The position numbers were made by a program, and so were the translations under genes. Below the pieces are notes generated by a model, which ran no database searches, was not told the origin of the DNA, and saw only the letters and a program-made list of their open reading frames with translations. From the NCBI GenBank assembly GCA_963796055.1, contig CAWCKH010000003.1, forward strand, positions 544,001-608,000: a stretch of DNA of 64,000 nt, in the 5' to 3' direction. Position 1 is the stretch's first letter. Each line of letters begins with the position of its first letter. Shown here piece after piece: positions 1 to 8,721 of this stretch. Source of the stretch: an uncultured delta proteobacterium (lineage in GTDB: Bacteria > Myxococcota > Myxococcia > Myxococcales > Myxococcaceae).

Positions 1-637
<637 letters not shown>

Positions 638-641
<4 letters not shown>

Positions 642-1936
642 TCCGTCCCACCCGCAGCGCGCTGGTGGTGGCGGGCGCCGGCGTCCCGCTGGCGCTCCTG
701 CCGGCTCTGCTGTCTCCCCGGCTGTGGCCGCTGTGGGGGGTGGCGCTGCTCCTCTTCCTGCTCGCCCTCGGGCTCGACGCCCTCCTCGCGCCGCGGGGTC
801 TCCGGGTCTCGGCGGAGGCCCCGCCGCTGCTCCACGTGGGGCGGACCGAGACCATGGTGCTGGACCTGCTGCTCCCCCGCGGCAGCGCGCTGGAGCTGGT
901 GGTCGATCTCGATCCGCTGCTCGAGCCGGTGCCGGCGCGCCGACTGCCGCTGGTCAACGGACGGGCCACGGAGCGGGTCCCGCTCCACGCGATGCGTCGA
1001 GGGCCCACCGAGCCGCCGGTGCTCTGGGCGCGGTGGACCGGTCCGCTCGGGCTGATGTTCCGGGAGGAGCGGCGGCCGCTGGAACCGGCGCCGGTGGTGA
1101 CCACGGACACCACCGAGGTCCGCGAGGTGGCGCTCCGCTTCGCCGGCTCGCCGCTGATGCAGCTGGGGGTGAAGCTCGAGCGGCGCCGCGGGGAGGGCTC
1201 GGAGTTCGAGTCGCTGCGCGAGTTCGTCCCCGGGATGGACATCCGCGCGCTGGACTGGAAGTCGTCGGCGCGGCACCGGAAGCTGATGGCCCGGGAGCAC
1301 CGGGCGGAGCGCAACCACCAGCTCATCGTTGCGGTGGACGCAGGCCATGCGATGTCCGTCCCGCTGGCTTCGGTGGCCCGGCTGGACCACGCGGTCCGCG
1401 CGGCGCTGGTGCTGGCCTGGGTGGCGCTCCGCTCCGGGGACCGGGTGGGCGTCTTCGGCTTCGACGCCCGGGTGCGCTGCTGGGCGGAGCCACTGGGCGG
1501 GGGCCGGGCCTTCCCCCGCGCGCAGCAGGCGCTGGCGTCCCTGCCCTACAGCGGCGAGGAGACCAACTACACCCTGGGGATGGCGGAGCTGTCGGCCCGG
1601 GTGCGGCGGCGCTCGCTGGTGGTGCTCTTCACCGACGTCTCGGACAGCACCAGCGCCGAGCTGATGCTGGAGAACCTCGACCGGCTCCGGGCCCGCCATC
1701 TGGTGCTCTTCGTCACCCTCCGCGATCCGCGGCTGGACGCGCTCGCCGGTGCGGTGCCGGCGGCGGTGTCCGATCTGCACCGGTCGGTCATCGCCGGCGA
1801 CCTCCGGAGCGACCGCGAGCTGGTGCTCCGGCGGCTGAGGCGGATGGGCATCCAGGTGCTGGACGCCCGCCCCTCGGACGCCTCGCCGCAGCTCATCGCC
1901 CGCTACCTGGACGTGAAGCGAAGGGAGATGGTGTGA
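638..1936 (+). CDS. DUF58 domain protein (vWA-like MoxR partner)
   Basis: [28 protein letters not shown] signature; N-terminal TM segments; ATGA overlap with moxR. Confidence 0.9.
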
Positions 1937-2928
1937 GTGGCGAGCTGCGCATGCCCTCGGTGCGCTTCCGCCAGGAGCGGGAGGCGGGCTGGCGCGCGCT
2001 GGAGGCGCTGGTGGACCGGGTGCAGCGCTCGGGGCTCGGGTCGCTGAGCGCCGAGGAGCTGGGACGGCTCCCGGTGCTCTACCGCGCCGCCCTGTCGTCG
2101 CTGAGCGTGGCCCGGGCCATCGCGCTCGACGCGGCGCTGCTCGCCTACCTCAACGCGCTGGCGGCGCGGGCCCACGTGGTGCTGCACGGCGGGCGCGAGC
2201 CCTTCGCCCCCGCGTTCCGGCGGTTCTGGGCGCGGACCTTCCCGGGCGCAGTGCGCTCGCTCCGCTGGCACACCCTGGTCGCGGTGCTGCTCACCGGGCT
2301 CGGCACCGCCGTCGCCTGGCGGGAGCTGGCGCGGGACCCGGCGCGGTTCTCGGACTTCGTCCCCCCCGGGTACGCCCAGGGGCGCGGGCCCGATGCCAGC
2401 GACGCGGACCTCCGGCAGATCTTGCAGGCCAAGGAGACGCCGCGGTCGGCGCTGATCCACTTCAGCAGCTTCCTCTTCACCCACAACGCCACCATCGGGC
2501 TGGTGTCGCTGGGCCTCGGGTTCGCGGCCGGCGTCCCGACGGCCTACCTGGTGCTGACCAACGGCCTCATCCTCGGCGCGTTCGGCTGGCTCTACGGCTC
2601 GCGCGGGCTGGGCCGGGAGTTCTGGGCCTGGACCTTGCCGCACGGGGTGACGGAGATCTGGGCGCTGCTCCTCTGCGCGGCGGCCGGGCTGCGGCTGGGA
2701 CAGGCGCTGGTGTTCCCCGGGAGGGTCGCGCGCCTGGCGAGCCTCCGCCGGGCCGGGGACACGGCGGGGGTAGTGGCCCTCGGGGCAGTGGCGATGTTCG
2801 GGGTGGCCGGGCTCATCGAAGGCGTCTTCCGCCAGACCGTGGGAGACGCGGCCATCCGCTGGATGGTGGCCGGGGGCACCTTCGCCTTCTGGTCGCTGTA
2901 CTTCTCGCTCGCGGGGCGCGGGCGGTGA
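1933..2928 (+). CDS. Stage II sporulation protein M (SpoIIM/DUF95) family membrane protein
   Basis: 3' part of ORF 724..2928; GTGA overlap; FRQERE..W..LE, FLFTHNATIG, WTLPHGVTEI and AGLIEG motifs. Confidence 0.88.
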   Translation: MSGELRMPSVRFRQEREAGWRALEALVDRVQRSGLGSLSAEELGRLPVLYRAALSSLSVARAIALDAALLAYLNALAARAHVVLHGGREPFAPAFRRFWARTFPGAVRSLRWHTLVAVLLTGLGTAVAWRELARDPARFSDFVPPGYAQGRGPDASDADLRQILQAKETPRSALIHFSSFLFTHNATIGLVSLGLGFAAGVPTAYLVLTNGLILGAFGWLYGSRGLGREFWAWTLPHGVTEIWALLLCAAAGLRLGQALVFPGRVARLASLRRAGDTAGVVALGAVAMFGVAGLIEGVFRQTVGDAAIRWMVAGGTFAFWSLYFSLAGRGR

Positions 2929-3788
2929 GCGTCCTCTCGTCCATCCGGGGGCTGCAGACACCCGAGGGGGTGCCGATCCAGCTCGAGCTGGCGACCGCGG
3001 GGGACCGGCTGGTGGCGGCGATGGTGGACCTGTCGCTGATGAACGCCCTGGGGTTGGTCCTGGCCATCCTTGCGGTCTTCACCGGCGGGCGGGGGCGGAT
3101 GGAGCTGGCGTCGGCGGTGATGCTGGTGTCGTTCTTCCTGATCCGCTGCTTCTACTTCCCCATCTTCGAGCTGCGCTGGCGGGGCCAGACGCCCGGGAAG
3201 CGGGCGACGAAGATCCGGGTCATCTCCCGCTCGGGCGGACCGCTGACCGCGCGGGCGGTGGTGGCCAGGAACCTCTTGCGCGAGCTGGAGCTGTTCCAGC
3301 CGCTGGGCATCCTCCTCGCGCCGGCCTCGGTGGCAGGTGGGTTCCCGCCGTGGCTGGGGCTGGTGGCGGGGCTGTGGGTGGTGGTCTTCGGCGTGCTGCC
3401 CCTGGCGAACCGCGACCACCTCCGGGCCGGGGACCTGGTGGCGGGGACCCTGGTGGTGCGGGCGCCCCCGATGCTGCTCCTCGACGACCTCGGAGCGGCC
3501 CGGGGCCGGCCGGCGCTCCAGTTCCGGGTGGAGCAGCTCGACATCTACGGGGCCTACGAGCTGCAGACCCTGGAGGCGGTGCTCCGGCTGGGAAACACCC
3601 TGGACAACGCCAGCGCGCTCACCGCGGTGGCCGAGCAGATCCAGCAGCGGATCGGCTGGACGCCGGGCACGGAGCGCATCGGCCCGTACGAGTTCCTGAG
3701 CACCTTCTACGCCGCGCAGCGGGCCCGGCTGGAGCAACGGCTGCTGCTGGGCGAGCGGCGCGAGCGAAAGCGTCCCCGGACCGGCTGA
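2925..3788 (+). CDS. RDD family membrane protein
   Basis: TPEGVPIQLELATAGDRLVAAMVD, GQTPGKRATKIRV and RAGDLVAGTLVV. Confidence 0.9.
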   Translation: MSVLSSIRGLQTPEGVPIQLELATAGDRLVAAMVDLSLMNALGLVLAILAVFTGGRGRMELASAVMLVSFFLIRCFYFPIFELRWRGQTPGKRATKIRVISRSGGPLTARAVVARNLLRELELFQPLGILLAPASVAGGFPPWLGLVAGLWVVVFGVLPLANRDHLRAGDLVAGTLVVRAPPMLLLDDLGAARGRPALQFRVEQLDIYGAYELQTLEAVLRLGNTLDNASALTAVAEQIQQRIGWTPGTERIGPYEFLSTFYAAQRARLEQRLLLGERRERKRPRTG

Positions 3789-3862
3789 TATGCGAGACCG
3801 GCCCACGGGCGCACACAGCCCGGGCGAGCGGGGGCCCGGAGCTCGCGTGATACTCTCCTGGG

Positions 3863-5831
3863 GTGCAGGTGCTGCACGGGCGCTTCGAGCTGATCTCCGT
3901 GGCCGGCGCCGGAGGCGTGGCCACCGTCCACCGCGCCCGTGATCTCGCCACCGGGCAGCTCTGCGCCCTCAAGGTGCTCCATCCCCACCTCCGCGCGGAC
4001 CCCGTGGTGTGTGAGCGCTTCCGCCGCGAGCCCGGGGTGGCCCGGGCGGTGGGGCATCCCTCCATCGTCAGGATGCACGAGCTGCTCGAGGACGAGGACG
4101 CACTCTCGATCTCCATGGAGCTCCTCCAGGGGCGCACCCTCAAGGCGGCGATCCTCGCCGAGGGAGCGCTCAGCGCGGACGAGGTCGAGCGCGTGGCGCG
4201 TGCCTGCCTCGCCGGGCTGGGCGCGGCGCACGCCGCCGGCGTGGTGCACCGCGACTTCAAGCCGCAGAACGTGTTCCTCTGTGACGGCGGCACCGTCAAG
4301 CTGCTCGACTTCGGCTTCGCCCGGACCAACGCTGCCGCCGGCCTCACCACCCGGAGCGTGATGGTGTGCACCCCCGACTACGCGGCCCCCGAGCTCATCG
4401 AGGGTGGGCCGGTGGACGGCCGTGCGGATCTCTACGGCCTGGGGGTGGCGCTGTACGAAGCGCTGTCCGGGCGGCTCCCCTACTCCGGGAGCTCGACCTA
4501 CGAGCTGCTGCGGCGCCAGATCTCGGAGCCGCCCTCGCCACTGGCGTCACTGCGCCCGGATCTCCCGCCTCGGCTGTGTGCGGTGGTGCATCGACTCCTG
4601 GCCAAGGCTCCGGCGGATCGCATGCCCACCGCCGAGGCGGTGCTCGATGCGCTGGACCGCAGCACCGACCTGCCCCGTGCCACAGCGGGTGTCTGCGGCA
4701 CCTGCGGGGAGCCGCGCGACCCCGGATGGGCCATCTGTCCGGCCTGCGGTGGCGAGTCGGCGAACGTGGCCGCGGGCGATTTCCTGGTCTTGCTGACCCG
4801 TGCGCCGGGGCCAGGGGCGATCCCCGCGCTGCGTGAGGTCGTGCGCTCGGTGGGAGCAACGCCCCGCTCGGCGCTGGCGCGCGCCGATCCGGCCATCGCC
4901 CGCGACGTGCCCCGGCTGCTGCTCAAGAACGTGGGCGAGCCGGTGGCGCGGCTGCTGCGCGAGCGCTGTCTGCCTCACGACCTGCAGGTGGAGATCCGCC
5001 GCATCTCCGACGGCACCGCGGATCTCCTGCACCGCGCGAGCGTGCCGCGCTGGCTCTTCCTGCTGGGCCTCATGATCCCCTGGGCGCTGCTGTTCGGCGC
5101 GGGAATCGTCCTCTACGTGCGCCGTGGTGGCGGGGCGACACAGCTGGCTCTCCTGGCCGCGGTGGGGCTGGGGGGGCCCCTTGCCGCGTCCTGGGTCCTG
5201 CGCAACGCCCACCGTCTGGTGCCGGCGCTGGCCACCGTCCCGGTCACCGCGGAGGCGTCCCCGCTTCCCGCCGGACTGGGGGCACGCTACCGCGCCGTGC
5301 TCGCGCAGCTGAAGGATCGCGGGTTGCAGGCGACGGTTCGCCGGCTGGTGGAGCGCACGCTCACCCTCCACCGGTGCTTCCGCGAGGCTCCACCGTCCGT
5401 GCAGATGCTCTTCGACGAGCCAAGGCAGCAGGCCATCGAGCTGACCCTTCGCGCCCTGGACATCGCCGTCGACGTGCAGCGCCGGCTGGAGCGCCTGGCG
5501 GCGGTGGACGAGCCGCGGCTGCTGGCACGACTCGAGGAGCTGCGGCGCCGCGCCGCCGCCGAGACCGAGCAGGCGCTCGCGCTGCAAGAAGCGATCGCCG
5601 GAGTCGAGCAGGCCTGCCGCGAGGCCGGCGACCTCGAGCGGGCCCAGGCCCTGGCCATGAGCCAGCTCCTGCGAATCTCCGCGGCGCTGGAAACGACGGT
5701 GGCACGCCTCGAATCTCGCGACTGCTCCCGGCGACACCGGCGTGTCTCGCGAGCTGCGCCGGCTGCAGGAGGACGTGGGCTTCGCCGCGCGTGCCGCCCG
5801 GGAGATCGCCCGCGAGCGAGGTGCGGCTTGA
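3863..5831 (+). CDS. Ser/Thr protein kinase with zinc ribbon, 2 TM helices and coiled-coil tail; probable frameshift near 5700-5720
   Basis: GAGGVATV, ALKVL, HRDFKPQN, DFGFAR and YAAPE; CxxC...CxxC. A natural-looking C-terminus (ATAPGDTGVSRELRRLQEDVGFAARAAREIARERGAA*) lies in the +1 frame and ends at TGA 5829-5831. Confidence 0.8.
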
Positions 5832-6460
5832 CCGCGCGCTCGCTGGGCGCCGACCTGGTGGACCTGGCTCTGGCCGCGGCGATCGCCGCGTTTCCCGCGC
5901 ACGTGCTCGCGGTGGCCTGGGGCAGCGGACCGCTCCCGGGCACCGGCTTCCCCGCGGGCTCCCTGGACGGTCCTTCCCTGGCCGTACGGGCCGTGGTGTT
6001 TCTCCTGGGGACGGCGGCGGTCTTCGCCGTGCTGCGCTTGAGGCTCGAGCGAGATGGGCAGGGTCCTGGCAAGTGGCTCTTCTCGCTGCGGGTGGAGAAT
6101 GGGCAGCTGGTGGAGGACCGGGAGGGACTGGACCTCCTCGAGCGCCTGGGTGTGTTCGTCGGCCGCTTCGGGCGACCGCTGATCCTCGCTCTGGCGTGCA
6201 CCCTGGCCCTGGCGTTGTGGGGCGGAGCCATGGAGCGATCGGCGAGCCAGGCACACCAGGCGCAGCTCCTTCGCCGAGCCTTCATCTACGAGGCGGAGTA
6301 CGGCTGCTGCTCCGGCTACATCGACAAGAGGAACGAGTGCCCACGCATGCTGGAGATCTGGGCAGCGATCGCCGATGGCAGCGACGGGAAAGGGGACGTT
6401 CCGCCCCGCGCGTCGCTCCTCGACCGGTGCCCTGCGGCGCGCAGATACAGCAGGCAGTGA
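5828..6460 (+). CDS. RDD-like membrane protein with Cys-rich C-terminus
   Basis: TTG start overlapping the +1-frame stop (TTGA); ARSLGADLVD and GQGPGKWLFSLRV resemble RDD motifs; read as the tail of ORF 3863..6460 in the track. Confidence 0.6.
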   Translation: MTARSLGADLVDLALAAAIAAFPAHVLAVAWGSGPLPGTGFPAGSLDGPSLAVRAVVFLLGTAAVFAVLRLRLERDGQGPGKWLFSLRVENGQLVEDREGLDLLERLGVFVGRFGRPLILALACTLALALWGGAMERSASQAHQAQLLRRAFIYEAEYGCCSGYIDKRNECPRMLEIWAAIADGSDGKGDVPPRASLLDRCPAARRYSRQ

Positions 6461-6502
6461 GCCGGCGAGGGGCGGCAGCCGGCCGCACGGGTCGCTTTTC
6501 GC

Positions 6503-7321
6503 TCAGCGGAACACGGCGGTCAGCTGCTCGATGTCGATGCCTTCTTTCTCCGAGCGCAGCTGGTAGTAGATGACGCCGTAGACCACGGCGGTGAAGGAGA
6601 GCACCAGGGCCTGGGGCAGGGTCTGACCGAGCAGCATGGTGACGAAGCTGGTGGGCTGTCCCACGATGGCGCGGGCGACGGCGCCGAGGACACCGCCGGC
6701 AGTGCCCATCAGGAACAGCAGGCCGAACAGCGCCCAGCGGTGGCCCGCGGTGAGCTCGGCGCTGCGGGCCCGCGGGTCGACGCCCTTCTCGGCAATGACC
6801 ACCGGGGCGACCAGTGCCCAGCGAACGGCGAGGATGATGCCGGGGATGACGAGCAGCAGCATCGCCCCGCCGATCAGGATGCCGGTGAAGATGGCGGCGC
6901 CGAGCAGCGGTCCCGCGCGGGAAAGGCCGAAGGAGATCGACGCCGAGGGGCTCGGGCTGCGGCCACGGAGCTGCTCGAGCACCGAGTAGGTCATGAGCCC
7001 GGTGACGACGTAGCTGAGCATCACGCTGACGATGAACCCCAGCAGCCACAGGCCCCAGCCGTTGGCCGAGGTGGGGACGCCGGGCGAAAGCAGGAGCATC
7101 GGCACATAGGCCACGATCGAGACCGCGAAGAAGAACGGCAGGTTCTTCCCCCAGACGGCGACGCTCCGCGAGATGGCCGACCCGATGGAGAAGGTCTCGC
7201 GGGTGGGGATGGCGGGGCTGGGTACGAACTCGGCTGGGCGCATGGACTGCAACGATGGCCCCCTCTCGGCGAAGCAGGCAAGCAGGCGCGGAAGGTCAGC
7301 CCAGATAGGTGATGTGGGCAC
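6503..7321 (-). CDS. Multi-pass membrane protein (GPDPase-membrane-domain/YciC-like); start may be 7243
   Basis: FSIGSAISRS, LLLVIPGIILAVRW, RSAELTAGHRW and YYQLRSEKEGIDIEQLTAVF, typical of this widespread family. Confidence 0.75.
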   Translation of the reverse strand: MPTSPIWADLPRLLACFAERGPSLQSMRPAEFVPSPAIPTRETFSIGSAISRSVAVWGKNLPFFFAVSIVAYVPMLLLSPGVPTSANGWGLWLLGFIVSVMLSYVVTGLMTYSVLEQLRGRSPSPSASISFGLSRAGPLLGAAIFTGILIGGAMLLLVIPGIILAVRWALVAPVVIAEKGVDPRARSAELTAGHRWALFGLLFLMGTAGGVLGAVARAIVGQPTSFVTMLLGQTLPQALVLSFTAVVYGVIYYQLRSEKEGIDIEQLTAVFR

Positions 7322-7880
7322 GGATGAGCTTCAGGGTGCATTCGACGCCGGCCCAGATCTCGGCGTTTGCCTGGAGGAGGTATCCCTGGATCAGCTGTGG
7401 ACCTACCCCGGCGATGTAGCCATGCACGTTGTGCATGGTCAGGTTCGACACCCCGGTGAACTCGATGGCCTGCTCCTGGCCTGGCCCACCGGCAACCACC
7501 TGGGACTGCGAGATGACCTGGTGATTGCTGATGAACTGCCAGAGCAGGTTCTCCACGTCGGCGAGGGTGGTCGGCACCAGCGGCCCGTAGGCGAACGCGA
7601 ACTCGACCAGCGCATCCCCGGTGGCCGAGGAGATGTCGATGCTCGAGGTCGATTCCACCGACCGCCAAGTATCGTCCGGGGCGAAGTAGGCCCAGTGGGC
7701 GCTCTGGTGGTGGACCCAGTTCGCCATTGCCTGCGCATCGGGTTGCGTGCCGCCGCACGCCAGCGGGGTCTGCGCGGTCCCGCCACCGTTGCCGTTGCCG
7801 TTGCCGCCGTTTCCTCCGCCGCACCGGACACCGGCGAGGAGCGCGATGAGGAGAAGTCCCCAGCGAATCGATTTTTCCAT
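7296..7880 (-). CDS. Secreted protein or lipoprotein, hypothetical
   Basis: MEKSIRWGLLLIALLAGVRC signal followed by a Gly/Asn linker and a globular-looking domain. Confidence 0.7.
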   Translation of the reverse strand: MEKSIRWGLLLIALLAGVRCGGGNGGNGNGNGGGTAQTPLACGGTQPDAQAMANWVHHQSAHWAYFAPDDTWRSVESTSSIDISSATGDALVEFAFAYGPLVPTTLADVENLLWQFISNHQVISQSQVVAGGPGQEQAIEFTGVSNLTMHNVHGYIAGVGPQLIQGYLLQANAEIWAGVECTLKLIRAHITYLG

Positions 7881-8147
7881 GGTGGCGCCCTCCGCGCCGA
7901 CCTTCGGCCCAGGCGTCTCCGTCTTCGGCCAGCCGACGCTCGAGCGAGGAGCGCGCGGCACCTTGGGAGCGGCGACACCTCGGACCGCCGCCTCGGGGGC
8001 CGGCGTACAGGAACTGCGGGGCTTTCGCAACGACTCGCAAGACCGCCCGACCGGTGGCCCTTGCGCGAGCCATCGATGTGCAGGTAGGAACTGCTGCACT
8101 TCCGGAGTGGCCGAGGGGCCACGACGTCTCAAGCCGTCCGTCAGTAC

Positions 8148-8221
<74 letters not shown>

Positions 8222-8223
8222 CA

Positions 8224-8284
8224 CGCTGAAGGGGTCGAGGTCGCTCGGATTTTCACCGCGCGACTTCGGCCCCTTCGGCGTTTC
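8224..8284 (+). terminator. Long hairpin, probable terminator after the tRNA
   Basis: CGCTGAAGGGGTCGAGGTCGC pairs with GCGACTTCGGCCCCTTCGGCG (21 bp including G-U pairs), followed by TTT. Confidence 0.6.
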
Positions 8285-8299
8285 CAGGGCGCGGGTCCC

Positions 8300-8640
8300 A
8301 TTAGGGTCCCACGCGCCCCGGCGGCAGCCCGCGCGCGGACCGGCTCGGGCTCTGGCATGCCCTCGAACCGGAGACGGTCCACGGAGGCGAGGAGGAAATC
8401 CCGCTCCAGGTGCCCATACGTCGCCGTGGTGAGCTTGGGGTCCTCGTGCCGCAGCACGCGCTGGACGACCGCGAGCGGGACGCCCTCGCGGAGCAGCAGC
8501 GTCGCGGTGGAGTGCCTGAGGTCGTGAAACCTGGTGGTACGAACGTTCGGCTTAGGCCAGAGCTTCATCCGGCACTTCGGGCAGCACCGCTGACGACGGT
8601 CGGCGGCTTCCTCGCGGTAGCAGCAGCCCTTTCGCCGGTG
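8300..8640 (-). pseudogene. Tyrosine integrase C-terminal remnant 1
   Basis: RRKGCCYREEAADRRQRCCPKCRMKLWPKP-RFHDLRHSTATLLLREGVPL-LRHEDPKLTTATYGH (HxxR, H and catalytic Y); no N-terminal two-thirds. Confidence 0.85.
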
Positions 8641-8721
8641 TCAATGGGAGAGTCCGATTCCTCGGTCGTGTCTGGCGGTCGGTATCGCGAGGGGACTGCT
8701 CCTTGCCTGAATGCATCGCGC

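Noticed and set aside
7786..7803. (CCGTTG)3 repeat
   Set aside because: Simply encodes the Gly-Asn linker of a secreted protein
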